Below are positions 1-11,405 of a stretch of 64,000 bases of DNA, one piece after another. Origin of the DNA: Ginglymostoma cirratum (lineage: Eukaryota); NCBI GenBank assembly GCA_024137785.1, contig JAHRHZ010000115.1, positions 1,308,428 through 1,372,427 of the forward strand. The letters are read 5' to 3'. The notes beneath the pieces were generated by a model. The model did no database searches and was not told the origin of the DNA. It was given only the letters and a program-made list of their open reading frames with translations. Positions within the stretch are counted from its first letter, which is position 1. Every line of letters starts with the position of its first letter. A program made the translations under genes and the position numbers.

Positions 1-1155
1 CATTTTTGTTTGCATATATAGTTTACCTGTTCCATTGTGCATATACTGGGCATTCGAATCCAGAGCACTAAACACTTTATAGTTTCTGTTTATCCTCAAC
101 TCTTATCTCTTGACCTTTTTTTGTTACATTTGTATTCTCTCCATCCTAATGTCAAGGCCAGGTTGTTATTTTCTCATTTAAAACGATTTTTTCAACTCTT
201 TCTTTCGCTGCGTTTTCTAAAATTTCATTAATTTTCCTACAATATTTAATTTCAAATCTCCTCTACTTTCCTATTTATGTCATTCGCATTTGCAAAAGTC
301 CCAGCACCATTCAGAAGAATGAAAATCACACATTCCCCAGTTTTCATCATGGCCATTGACAGTTCCCATACCAATCTTTCAGCAAAGTACACATCTCTCC
401 AACTTGATTTTTTTTGTGTGTTCCATGCGGTTCAGGAATGAACCAAAGATTCGATATAACAGTTGACATTCTGCTTCATAATTTTCTTCCTGGTAGCTTC
501 GATAGATTGTGCAGAACCTTTTTTCTTTTACCCACCTGTGCCATTCGTACATATGTGGCCCACAAAGATGGGATCCTCTCCATCTCTATGCTCTCGATTC
601 AACGTCAAGTTCCTCTCCCGTAGAAGATGTATCAAAATATGGCACCAGACTGTCAGCATGTAAGGTTCTGAGGGGGATCGAACAGGCAGATATTGAGCAG
701 GCTGTCTATCCTTTTTGAGGAATCTAGAACCGGCTGGGGGTTATCAATGACGAGGGAGTCTCCTTCAATAGGGATTTGTTGACTTTACTTTATTTTAGAA
801 TCATCATTATTTGGAATTCTTTTTCCCTGATAACCGATCCTTCCAGTTAATAATGTCTACTTAAATGGAGAACAAGACTGAATGTCTGAAAATGTGAGAT
901 AGAGCAAGATGGTGATGAAGACTCACAAATGCACAGTATATGCACAATGGAACAGGTAAACAACCAGGGAATGGATTGCAGATAGCCAACTGTCTTAATT
1001 ATTTAACTATAAGTGAGTGGTCCACAGTTAACATCAGATCTGCGAAACCAGCCAATTGTGACTGGGGGAAATGCCACTGAGTTTCCCTGTAATTAAAGCC
1101 TGCCTCTGACAGCTCAGTCACTGGTATAAGATGATAAGATCCAACGCATTAAACC

Positions 1156-1222
1156 ATGCGTTGTTTATTGTCAATCTAAGTATTCATGTGTGCTTTCCTC
1201 ATAACCGTGATCATGCTGTCCC
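1156..1222 (+). pseudogene. Orphan TCR V leader exon (V exon deleted in this unit)
   Basis: Reads MRCLLSI*VFMCAFLITVIMLS, then a phase-1 GTGAGT donor at 1223. The paralogue at ~58186-58258 is followed by a V exon (58351-58652) that is absent here. Confidence 0.6.
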
Positions 1223-1665
1223 GTGAGTGCGATATGAAACCACAATTATGTGTTTCATTGCTTTTTTACACACATTTATTTCATACAATGTCATCAGAGT
1301 TGTGATCTTAACGGGAAAGGGATTCAGAAATTATGCAGGAGGGTGGATGCATCAGAACTCACAAAGAGTCCCGTTAAATGTCCGAGCAGGTTTCTCGGGC
1401 CAGATAGCCTTCTGAACCTTTCATTCTATGCCTCTGGTTCTAGTTTTCTTACCTCAGTAACTTCATAACAAGAGGTGTTATGAGCTGATTGGGTGTTGTG
1501 TCTTGTCCCGGTCAGAAACGAACCAATTAGCAGTGCTTTAGGATATGAACTGAACATCTTCCCAAAATGAGCTGAAACAATTTAGCTTCAAGCCACTGTC
1601 AGCGCTCAGTTAAGACTATTCAACTTTAGATCCCTCTTTTAAGACCCACAATTCGTTTTGTAAAC

Positions 1666-1717
1666 ATGATGGATCTTCCCATCTACTCATTTCTGAGTGC
1701 TGAAATTCTCTCAACTG
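1666..1717 (+). pseudogene. Orphan TCR V leader exon with GC donor
   Basis: MMDLPIYSFLSAEILST+G followed by GCAAGT. The paralogue 59395-59446 has GTAAGT and precedes the V pseudogene at 59606. Confidence 0.6.
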
Positions 1718-2189
1718 GCAAGTTTGCGATTCGCAAAATGCTCACTTGTATAAAGTATGGGTAGGGCAAAGTTCCCTTTCCATGTGTTGCTCTGAATTAA
1801 AATATGTGAACATAATTTGATAGCATTGATTATAATTATTCTTTTAATAACATTTTCTTTCCATCCATCCGACAAAGCTGTTGCACAAAGAAACAACTAC
1901 AGATCACTACGGGACACATTCTAAATTGGCAACAGCACTAATAGCCTTAAGTGGTACATCTAGATTTTAAAAAAAGACAATCCTTCAATCTTTCTGATAT
2001 GTTTTCAGTGCGGCTTTTGATCTCGGTCTGGTTTCTGATCATCCAGTAACCATTCGAGGTCCTGGGGCTCACTAGGCATGTATTACAGGTTTGTATTACA
2101 TTATATCCGCATTGATGTTTGTTGATTAGCTTCTTGTTGTATCATGGAAACATTTTCGTTGCGCCTGCTAATACTATATATACTTGGAA

Positions 2190-2585
2190 TTATTATGTAT
2201 AAGTACTTTTAATATTGAGAGATCTGTAATTCGTTCGTTACAATTAAGAAGACTTGCACTGGGCAGGCTTCAGTGTCTACTGTAAACTGATATTTCAAGT
2301 ATAAATGCCTTGTTCTTTTGCAGAGAAGTCTTTCTGAACCTACCAGACGAGGACATATCTACTTCCACACGAAGCATTTGCTTTATTCCTGGTGGTTGCA
2401 AAATCGCACTGTTCGCTAAACAAACAGCAGTCGATTGCTTGTTGGCACAGTCAGTGTCAACGTCAGAATCAACAATACATTTGAACGATTTTAAATAATT
2501 TTTGTGCGCATTATGCTCGACGTTTTCACGCACAGGAATGTACAGAAGCGTCAGTATGTGAAGCCCTGATAGCAACAGTCTTCAA
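2190..2585 (-). pseudogene. Degenerate V relic with IgNAR/NAR-TCR-like features
   Basis: Leader-like LLLSGLHILTLLYIP, then KQSTAVCLANSAILQPPGIKQMLRVEVDMSSSGRFRKTSLQKNKAFILEIS and frameshifted TVDTEA..CK. Degenerate 7-23-9 signal TACAGAT/ACATAATAA. Paralogue at ~60165-60560. Confidence 0.45.
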
Positions 2586-2617
2586 CAGGCAACAGATGTG
2601 ACCCAGAAACCTGCAGC

Positions 2618-2656
2618 ATTTATTGTACGAGCCTTACGCTCGTTCCCATCACTGTG
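2618..2656 (-). promoter_or_regulatory. 23-bp-spacer recombination signal sequence (V-RSS)
   Basis: CACAGTG (2656-2650) + 23 nt ATGGGAACGAGCGTAAGGCTCGT + ACAATAAAT (2626-2618). Confidence 0.95.
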
Positions 2657-2960
2657 AGGCTCGCTGCACAATAATAGACAGCGGTGTCAGACGACAGCAG
2701 CTCCAAGATCGTCAATCGGTACAACTTGTCTGACTGCTGGTTTGCGGCAGAAAATCGCTTCTGAGCAAAATCCGCCTTGAATTCAGCACCGCCGCTCTCC
2801 ATTCTCCTGACTGCGAACTCGGGCTCTCTGCCAGGGTATTGGCGGTACCAAAACAAGTAATAAACAGTCCCGGTGTATGTGCAGGTTAAAGTGACGTCTT
2901 CTCCCTCTGTTTGTGTGAGTGAGGGCTCCCGCTGGGTAACAGAAACTCCATCACTTAGAT
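2657..2960 (-). CDS. TRAV: T-cell receptor alpha/delta variable segment, V exon (intact)
   Basis: Acceptor ttttccAG, then open frame (D)LSDGVSVTQREPSLTQTEGEDVTLTCTYTGTVYYLFWYRQYPGREPEFAVRRMESGGAEFKADFAQKRFSAANQQSDKLYRLTILELLSSDTAVYYCAAS with Cys23, Trp41, Cys104, followed by a 23-RSS. Alpha versus delta usage cannot be decided from sequence. Confidence 0.93.
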
Positions 2961-3118
2961 CTGGAAAACAAGGTCAAAGAAAGCTGCAATGAGTGACTAA
3001 AGTTTCAGATGAACGTTCGAACTGACGGTTAGGAAAAAGAAACTCACAATACTGCGACATAATATTAGACAGGAATTTAAATATGAAAATAAAAATGAAA
3101 CAGAAGGGAACCGCTTGC

Positions 3119-3183
3119 CAGCGAACTCAGTTCTGAAAATGGCTGAGAGGACAAGAAGTTGCTTTAATTATGTTCCTGTCCAT
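3119..3183 (-). pseudogene. Vestigial proximal leader exon
   Basis: ATGGACAGG... frameshifted to QLLVLSAIFRTEFA+G then GCAAG. The paralogue 61093-61156 reads MDRTELIQILVL*AIFRTEFA+G then GCAAA. Confidence 0.45.
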
Positions 3184-3284
3184 TATGCCACCAGACGTTT
3201 GGAATTCCCCAAGATATTTTTGTTTCTTTTTTTTTTCTTTTGGACATAAATTCTAATTCAGGAAAAAACTGGCCACTATCCGTG

Positions 3285-3605
3285 TTATCAATCCACAAGA
3301 GAATCCATGAAATCCCGTATTCTAATTTTAGCTGCATGTCCATCTTTCCATCTCGTCTTCATCTGTTTAGCTGACATCGCCTTCATAACGTTATGGTCTG
3401 ATTCTAACAACCCTTGTGCCAGTGAGTTCCATAATCTAAAGCGAAAACAAGATTCCCTTAAGTTTTGTTTTGTATCATTATTCTGACTCATATGAAGCAT
3501 CGCAAATTGGATCGTATGTTTCGACAGGGATTGTCTCATGATACTGGGATCATTACTCTAATTACTCTTTTTACGCTTTGTGCACCTTTCGTCTTCATCT
3601 TTCAA
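3285..3605 (-). pseudogene. Possible highly decayed V exon inside the leader intron
   Basis: A ~310 bp block conserved with 61260-61590. It translates to QNLRESCFRFRLWNS...KIRIRDFMDSLVD here and KIRAQVNVDSRVDC in unit C (FR3-like). Confidence 0.3.
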
Positions 3606-3745
3606 GACAAACAGTAAATCGGTTCCCAACAGCTCAAGTGTAATGCAACCAAAGTCTAATACGTATTGAAAAGAATACCCGTTTGGTTCACACTAAGTGT
3701 TTATTTAAAAAAATGAACTCTTTCCTTCGATGTAAAACTTCTTAC

Positions 3746-3791
3746 CGACAATGAAAGTCAACGAGATCACCATGAAAATTGAGAACTGCAT
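3746..3791 (-). CDS. Leader (signal peptide) exon of the TCR V at 2657-2960
   Basis: ATG...MQFSIFMVISLTFIV+G with canonical GTAAG donor. Phase 1 joins in frame to the V exon (D-L-S-D-G) across a 785 bp intron. Intact paralogue at 61722-61767. Confidence 0.8.
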
Positions 3792-3851
3792 CGCTGCTGC
3801 TCTGATTCCTGGGGATTTGTTTGCAATACATAATCTGTACAGTATCAAGTC

Positions 3852-3872
3852 AGAGAGAGAGAGAGAGAGAGA
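3852..3872. repeat. (AG)n microsatellite in V promoter/5'UTR
   Basis: About 10 AG units; much shorter in the unit C paralogue. Confidence 0.9.
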
Positions 3873-3900
3873 CTATTTATATCATTTCCTGAGAGATATC

Positions 3901-3914
3901 TGATGTCATTTCCT
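3901..3914 (-). promoter_or_regulatory. CRE-like/Ets composite V promoter element
   Basis: AGGAAATGACATCA about 110 bp upstream of the leader ATG; conserved as AGGAAGTGACATCA at 61877-61890. Confidence 0.55.
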
Positions 3915-4689
3915 TCACAGCAAACAGCGACAAACATCGCATATGATTGTGTGGCTATCACTTCCGCCCTAAAAATCGATGTTTCTGACATCACCTCCAC
4001 ATTCTGGGGTTCCGAGAAAAAGAAGGATAAGTATAGGCCGGCTGGTATTTAATAAAACTGACAGTCTGCTCTTTAATCGGAAATATGTAACTCAAAGAAG
4101 TAAAGGTGCAATGCCAATGAAGATCCCAAGTTAATTTCTACACAGTGATTAACCAGACCGAATTTGATGGTGGATTTGGCTTTGATTGGCTTCCCACCAG
4201 AGACACACTCTGTGATTTTTGTTATTTTTCTGCAGAGACACACGACAGTTGAGTGGACGGCATTTGTGAACCTCAAGTACAAAATGGAGCTGGCATACTG
4301 AAAGACCACTGTCAGTGGAAATTATCCGCTCGCTATGTATGGGAGTTTTTTTTTTTTGGTGCTATCTGGGAGTGATTGTCCAGGATTCTTCCTGCACAGA
4401 ATACATGCCAATGTTGAACGAACATCCTGAAGAACATTTGACGTACGGGTGCTCTATGCTTCAGGGTTGTTTTAATGATCAGTGTCAATCCTTTAGGAAG
4501 TATGCTCATTGTGCATCCACTGAGGATTAATTAGCAATACACTTCCATCGAATAAAAATGATAAACACACAACACTAAAAAGTCCCATGAAACTGACAGT
4601 GGAAATTTCGAAAGGTTGCCCAATATTACAGACATGCAGATAAATTCCTTTAAGAGACAGAAAAAGTGATCAAATATGTGTGAAATTTA

Positions 4690-5378
4690 GATATTCCGCA
4701 TTTGTTTGCGTGGGTTTCCTCCTATTGTGCCGCTTTGCTCCTATAGTCAAAAGACCTACAAGTTATTTGGGTGTATCATGATAAATTGTCCCTTAATGTC
4801 CAGTGGTCTGGAGGTTAGGTGGACTAACCATGGGAAAAGTAGGGTTACAGGAACAGGATTGTCACTCATTGGGATACTCTTCGGAGATGTGTTGTCGACG
4901 TGATGGGGTGAATGACCTGCTTCGACACTGCAGGGAAAGTATGATTTGTATTCTATGCATATATTTACAAATGCCGATTTCAGTGAACATACGAGTTGGA
5001 ATAAAATAATACTCGTCCATCAGTCAGCATCAACTTTCCTTTTTGGTTGTATTGGTTGTTATGCCTTTTGTGTGCTCTGGTAACTCGGTGCTCCCTTACA
5101 GAACTAGAAGGACGGGTACAATTCCAGTCTGGGGTGACTGTATAGGGCTGGCCATTCTCACGGTTTCCTATGGGTGTTCCTGTTTTTCCCACTGTCCAAA
5201 GATGTGCAGGTTAGGTGGATTGGGAAAGCCAAATTCACCATAGTGTCCAGGGACGTAGAGGCGTTTCGGATTTGTCTGGAAAACACGGAGACAGGGTGTG
5301 TTTTGAGATAATATTCAGAGGCTGAGTGAGCCTCGATGGACTGAATGACCTGCATCCACGCTGTAGGGATTCTATGAT
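4690..5378 (+). mobile_element. Two HE1-like V-SINE copies (~4690-4945 partial, ~5075-5378)
   Basis: Core motifs gcgtgggtttcctcc and ccaaagatgtgcaggttaggtggattgg, with ctgtagggattctatg tail. Orthologous pair at 28895-29590. Confidence 0.7.
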
Positions 5379-5485
5379 TTTTTCGAAGAAGGTCTCTGTG
5401 GAGGTGAAATTTTCGCCTCTGTTTATTAGTGTGAGTGCACCCTCTGCTGATAACTACTGGAACTCTAGTGGTGTGGAGAGAGGAA

Positions 5486-5822
5486 TGTGTTTGGAAATGA
5501 TTGACATTTCTGTGCATTAATGTGCGCTTCATGCCACAGAAATGCAATACACGGTCAGATAGAAGGTTCCCTATGATATGTACAGCAACCGTTTTGTCTT
5601 CTGTACATGTTTTATTCATCAGAGAATCTGACAGCTATATCTGAAGATTTCTCTTCGACCCCCGTGACATACATCTTCAGGATGTATCTTAGAGATTTCC
5701 CGATCTAGATTGTGTACCAGAAAGAAGAGTTGTGTGCAACGGCACTCGATTATGATGCTCTGAGCTTCTGGAAACATGAATTTAGATGAATCCTGAGACA
5801 TTGAATCCTGATCACCCAATCC
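5486..5822 (-). pseudogene. TCR V pseudogene with 23-RSS
   Basis: DSMSQDSSKFMFPEAQSIIIEC...FWY..GKSLRYILKMY...LLSDRVLHFCGMKR with frameshifts and stops. RSS CACATTA-23-CCAAACACA (5524-5486). Confidence 0.8.
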
Positions 5823-6469
5823 CGAAACACAAATTCAACATGATCGAAAACTTAGAGACAATGCATAATTTCTCGTTGATTATACTGTTTTATCGCAGAT
5901 TCAGCAGACAGGAAGACCGTTAATGAGGAAAATCATGGAAGCACATGATGTTAGGATGAGATTACAATAGAAAAAAGCCAGAAAGCTTTTTTTAAAAATT
6001 TTTTTATCCCATTTCAGCGTCAGACATCAGTTATTGAGTCCTTGAGCGGAGTTTTTCAGGAACAGGATTTGCTGCCCTGTCAGAACCAATGACAGTTATG
6101 CTCCAATCAGTGTCAGTTACATAGAATTACTTTCTCCTTTCTCTTTCTCAGTGAACTTGTTTATCATTTGGATCAATTTATCATACTTGGTTTTTTTCAC
6201 TGCCTGTAAGTCTGTCTGCCATCTATTCCAGCTTTTCATGATGGTGTGGATTCTGGGTTAAAAAAATCAATTAAAAAAACTGTAAGAAGTGTTTCATGCT
6301 ATTGCTAAACAACAGCACATCAGGTTAACGTAATACATTACACAACTCTGAAACAAAGCAGAAATTGCGGGAGAAACTCAACTCGTCTAACTGCAAAAGC
6401 GGAGGGAAAGCACAGACAACATTTACAGTGCAGTGACCCATCTTCAGAAGCAAAGTGGAAGTATACTTG

Positions 6470-7260
6470 GTAAAAGAGGTGATTTCAGTGCAAGATGGTG
6501 GCACAGCAGGACGATGCAGCCAGAACTCCTCTGATTGGCCAGTTCCTTTTCATTTTTCTTTCTTTTCTTTTCTATGTACTGCAGCTTTTCTTCCACTCTC
6601 TGCCATCAACTTTTAACCTCTTAAACTTACCCGAAGGGAATGTAGAAATGAGGAGGTGAACCTCAGTCCAGACAAGAGCGGCAGACGAGTCAGAGACCGT
6701 GCCAGGGCACAAGGACAGTTCTGGAGGCGAGTTGCGGGCAGAGCCTGGTGCGGGAGCAAGTCGGAAGCTAGGTAGGTCCGACAGACATGTTCTACAGTCG
6801 AGTCAAGCCTGGAGGAGGGCACGGGAGTCATTTCGAGCCCAGCCAGACTGACAGATCAGTCCTGGAGGCGAGTCGTGAATCTGAGCGTGGCATGGGAGTT
6901 ATTGCGAGCCTGGAGTCGTCGTGAAGAAAATTCCTAGAGGCTTGTCCTGGTAGCGAAATCGCAGTCTGGAAACTGGCGCCAGACGGTGTCTGAATAGAGT
7001 CCAGATCGAGAAGATGAGTTCTCGTTGTGGGACTTTTGACAGAGGACAGCGCAATGAGGCATCGAGGTCTCGATCTCTGAAGCCTGGCTTGCACGGACTC
7101 AGATTATAGGGCCATAGTTTGAGTGCATTTTGAAGATGGTCAGAACACTGTTTAAAACTTTGTCTTCCTGTGTTAGATTTTTGTAATGTCACAGCGGTGA
7201 CATTACAAGCTTTTAACTGCACTTGACATTAAAGTCTGTTCTATTCTATTTAGCTTCTTT
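6470..7260. repeat. Unclassified GC-richer repeat present in all three units (also ~31240-32030, ~62590-63120)
   Basis: Starts with CAAGATGGTGGC/AAGATGGCGGC and has internal short subrepeats (cctggaggcgagtc-like). Confidence 0.5.
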
Positions 7261-7776
7261 CTATTACTCTCCTCAAAAAAAATGACATTTATGTAATTAG
7301 TAGAATTTAAAATCCGCAGCGCTTTGCAGGGACGTTCTGATGTATAGAATGACACTGAACAACACCTTAGGGAACATGACAAACAGCTCAGAGAAAGACT
7401 TCGGGCATTCAGAACAGTATTCAAAAGGGAAATCGTGGATTTATGTTCCAGTGATCACCTAGAGTTCCTATCATTGGGTGAAGGAGTTTTAGTTTTTGTC
7501 TTCCACTGAAACCCTCAAACCATTGAATAACTATTTAGATGGGCACTTTATATGTCAGAGCACACAAGGCTATCGGCCAAATGCTGGAAACTGATATGAG
7601 AACAGATGGACGTTGATGACTGGCATTCACAATATCGGCTGAAGGGCTTTCCCCATGTTGGCAAAACACGACGAATGGATCAGTCTGGTGGGGGAATCTA
7701 TCTCCAGTGAAAGTAATTTGAGATAAAGAGGTCAAAGCTGTTTCATTGAGAAAGGATGAAAACCTGGGCGGTGTCT

Positions 7777-7848
7777 TCCCTGCGGGTCTAGTGGTTAGGA
7801 TTCGTGACTTTCAGGCGCACAAACTCAATTTGATTTCTGTCCAGGGAA
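7777..7848 (+). pseudogene. tRNA-Glu-derived pseudogene
   Basis: TCCCTGCGGGTCTAGTGGTTAGGATTCG..CTTTCA..TTTGATTTCTGTCCAGGGAA is colinear with vertebrate tRNA-Glu (72 nt) but has broken anticodon and T stems. More decayed copy at ~32545-32622. Confidence 0.7.
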
Positions 7849-8004
7849 GGGCGATTTGTTATACGTGTTATAACCGTTAAAATGACTGGGAAATCCTAAC
7901 TTTGACAACAGTGAAAATAGAACTGCTGTGTCAGAATTGCTGATAGTTTTGAGTTAGAGATGAAATCATTAGACGCGATTGGGAACAAATCGCATAGACT
8001 ACTG

Positions 8005-10075
8005 CAACCAAAACAGAAATTGCTAGAACAACACATCAGGTCTCGACATATCAGTGGAGAAAAATCAGAATTAATGTTTTAGCTTCAGTGACGCTTCTTC
8101 AGAACTGATAGTAGCAAGGAAACATCTGCTTTTGATGCAGAAAGTGTGAATAATATAAAGGTTTATATGGAGCCCAGAGACAAATGCAGTTGAAGGAAAA
8201 ATGAGTTGATAACCGTCAGCCAGTGAGAATGAATAGCATCTAATTAATAGTATTAGTGTCTAGCAAAGGAAGTGGTAGATGTGGGCACAATTACAAGGCT
8301 TAAAAGGCACTTAGAAAAGCAAATGAACAAGGAGATTTGTGGGCCAGGGCAGGCGGATGGGACGAGTTTACTTCGGGGCTTTGTACAGCATGGACGGGTT
8401 AGACCAAAGGACTAGTTTCCGTGCTGCATGATTCTTTTATTCATTGTAACAAGGACTGATCTGTGGAATTGTGTGAAAGGGTGGGGAAGGAGCTGAAGTC
8501 GATATTGATTTCGCAAGGTGGTAGAGTTCTCAAAAAGCAAATGACTGTTGCTCGCGCAGTTTGTGCCGAACATCACTGGTGCACTACAGCAAGCCTGAGA
8601 CAGAGATGTCGGCCAACTTACAAGGTGGTGTGTTGAAGTGGCCGACAATGGCAATCTCGGTTCCGATCTGCGGAGAGAAAGTAAGTATGCTGTGAAGCAG
8701 CCCCTCAGTCTACATTTCATCTCCCCAATACAGGAAAGAGCGAATGCAGTAGGCTATTTTGCGTGAAATACAGGCAAACTGCTGCTTACCCTGAAAGGTC
8801 TGTTTAGGACCATGGATATTGAGAAATGTGGAAATCAACGGGCAGGTGTTACACCTTCTGCAGTTGCATGGGGAGGTGCAGTGGTACCGCAGTGAGCGAT
8901 GGGATTGAAGGAGAAGTGGAACTTTGTGTTACAGATGAAACCGTTCTTGCAGAAAGCTGACAAAGAAGGGGAGAAGAACATATTTCTCTGGTGGTGCCAT
9001 CACGCTGGATGTTGTGGAAATGAAGCAGATTATGCTCTGGATGTGGATGCTAGTGGGACGATTGATGAGGACAAGGGGGAACACTTTCACTTTCGTGGGA
9101 GAGGACAGAGAGGTTGGAAACTGAAGTATAGGAGATAACTCGAAGCCAACTGCATGCTCTGTGCGCGGAAAACTTGTTTAAAGAAGAAGGTGGATTGTTT
9201 TTAGGCATTATTATCGAGGTTGCCATTATCAGAATAGATGCAAAGGATACTGGAAGTAAGATATCAAAAATGTGAGGGTGGGGAAAATGGAAGGTAAATT
9301 GACAAACTTTTCCAATTATGGACTAGAGAGTGAAATAGCAGCTATGACATAATCGAGAAACCGGAGAAAGATCTTTGGGTGGCAGATGAATAAGATTGTG
9401 AGAAGAAATTTTCCACGTATCGTACAGAGAGGCATAAATGATCCCCTTGCAGGTAGCCACGGCCACATTTTTTACCTGCAGAAAGTGAGGCAAGTTTAAA
9501 TAGAAGTTGTTCAGAATTAAAGTTTTGCTCCTTTAGACAGAGGAGGGTGATGGCTGATGTGAACGGTTCAGGCACTTTTCTAAGCAAAAAAAAAGCAGAG
9601 CCTTGAGACTGACATAATGTGTATTTGACATTTTAAGCGATTGCAATTCAAAGGTAAAGAGGAAGTGGTTGGACGTCGCTAACTGGAAATTCGGAAATTG
9701 ACATAAAACGTTGAAGGAATTACAAATGTAACTGGGAAGGGACTGGACAAGGGGAAAAAGACGAGTCGAAGGAGGAAGAGATATGTTCTGTTGGGCAGGA
9801 GCAGGTGGAATTGATGGGACTGCCCTGGCAGTCTGTTTGCAGATTTTGATAAGGAGGAAGAAGCGAGCCTTGCTTTGTTGGGAGACTCCGATATTGGAAG
9901 CAGTGGTGGGAAGGTCATCGGATGAAATGCGTTTGGTGACAGTGGCCTGATGTTGCATTGTGGGGTCATGGTCCGGGAAGAAATAGGAGAAGGTATCTGA
10001 GAGCTGGCATTCGATGTGTGCATGGTAAAGATCAGTTGATCAGAAAACAACAGCACCAACCTTGTCAGCAAGCTT
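8005..10075 (-). mobile_element. Decayed Penelope-like retroelement (RT + GIY-YIG)
   Basis: Fragments KARFFLLIKICKQ (RT N-terminal FYLLPKIHK), GEMKCRLRGCFTAYLLSL (GIY-YIG region) and a pLTR-like end near 8005-8110. Confidence 0.75.
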
Positions 10076-10194
10076 GAATATAAATTCAAGGGACAGTTCG
10101 AGTACAGGTAAAAGGTCAAAGGCATGTTCCTCTGCTCCAGAGTATTCAGTTGCTCCTGAATACTGGACGCATTACAACATAAACACCGCTCCAC

Positions 10195-10570
10195 ATTGAA
10201 ACACACAGAATTCTTAGGGGGCTTGACGTCTTTGATGTACAGAGGCTGACTTCTCTTCTGTGATAGCCTTAGACCAGAAGGCAGATTCTCAATATACAGT
10301 CTCACAGATAAGAGAGATGAGGAGTAATTTCTCCTTTTTGAGAGTTGTGACTCTGTGGAGTTCTTTACCGCAGTAGTCTGTAGATGTTCAGTCGTTAACT
10401 ATAAAAAAGGATGCAATAGACTTTTTTTTAAAAAATAAGGAACTGTAGGGCTATGGGAGAAAACAGGATAGTAGAGTTGAGTATTATCCGATCACCCATG
10501 CTCATACTGAATTGTGGATCTTGTTCAGTGGTTTGAATGGGTTACTTTTGCTCCCAAGTCTTACACTCTC
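10195..10570 (+). mobile_element. CR1 LINE 3' fragment
   Basis: gagatgaggagtaatttc...gagagttgtgactctgtggagttctttacc matches the CR1 ORF2 C-terminus (RRNFFSQRVVNLWNSLP) and 3'UTR. Confidence 0.65.
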
Positions 10571-11340
10571 AATAAAAAGCTGCTTAACTAATCAGCAAGC
10601 AAGTAAAAATATCCCCTCTAACAAAATTAAACGAGAGGGTGTCACTTTATCTGAAGTATTCATCGTAATCTGTGTGCCACAGTAAACAGTAAAAACCAGT
10701 CTTCAGCACCAAGACTGACACCAGCTGCAGTAGGTCTGAAGTCACCTCTCAGAAACCACTATTGTCCTTCACTTTTCCTGATACCTCGACTGTATTTAGT
10801 TTATGTTGATTATGCATCAAGAAATTACAATTGATCTCCTGGTGTTGAACTGGAACACCTACTAGAATAATTCTTACAGTTCATGATGCAATTCTACCTC
10901 TAACCATTAGACCGTGTTTGCTTAAAACGGAAATAAATGTAAATAACGATTAACGATCAACAGCGTCACGCATTCTGCCATTCCCTGGCCGAGAAAGCAA
11001 TGAAACTTCACACTAGACCAGCAGGGAAACTGACAGCAATGCTTACAGTTAGCCACATCTGCTATTTATTCACGTCAGTTCCCCATCCCGAACTACATGC
11101 TTTTTTTCCTAACACAAGGCAGTTTTTGGTGGACTGTAACATACTATCACAGAAAATAAAAACGACTGCTGACAGCTGAGACGTAAAATGAACGGTGAAC
11201 AAAAATACGATAACAAGCCGCTTGTATGAAATATTTAAATCATTTTTTTTTTCCTCCTCATCAGGAATTCGAACTTCATTTCGACTTCAGACATTGATAA
11301 AACTCAAATTCGTAGGGTAGAAAATCTGTTAATTGCACAT

Positions 11341-11405
11341 GAGGCAAGGAAGAGTCGAACCTCCACTCTTCTAGTCATACTTGTTAACTGTTGCGCTGCT
11401 GACCC
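11341..11405 (-). pseudogene. tRNA-Arg-derived pseudogene (anticodon arm partly deleted)
   Basis: GGGTCAGCAGCGCAACAGTTAACAAGTATGACTA--GAAGAGTGGAGGTTCGACTCTTCCTTGCCTC aligns with vertebrate tRNA-Arg(ACG) and has an intact B-box. Paralogue at ~34818-34883. Confidence 0.55.

Noticed and set aside
2961-3290. Complete NAR-TCR cassette (V-D-J spliced onto a supporting V-delta) using the GTGAGT donor at 3047
   Set aside because: No FGXG/YGXG J motif and no credible 12-spacer RSS. The intact V lacks the extra CDR1 cysteine described for supporting V-delta segments.
4140-4180. Perfect heptamer CACAGTG on the plus strand (also ~62117)
   Set aside because: No nonamer at 12 or 23 bp and no V, D or J coding sequence before it.
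9679-10305. Longest ORF in the track (208 aa)
   Set aside because: Chance read-through across an antisense CR1 fragment and an out-of-frame Penelope fragment.
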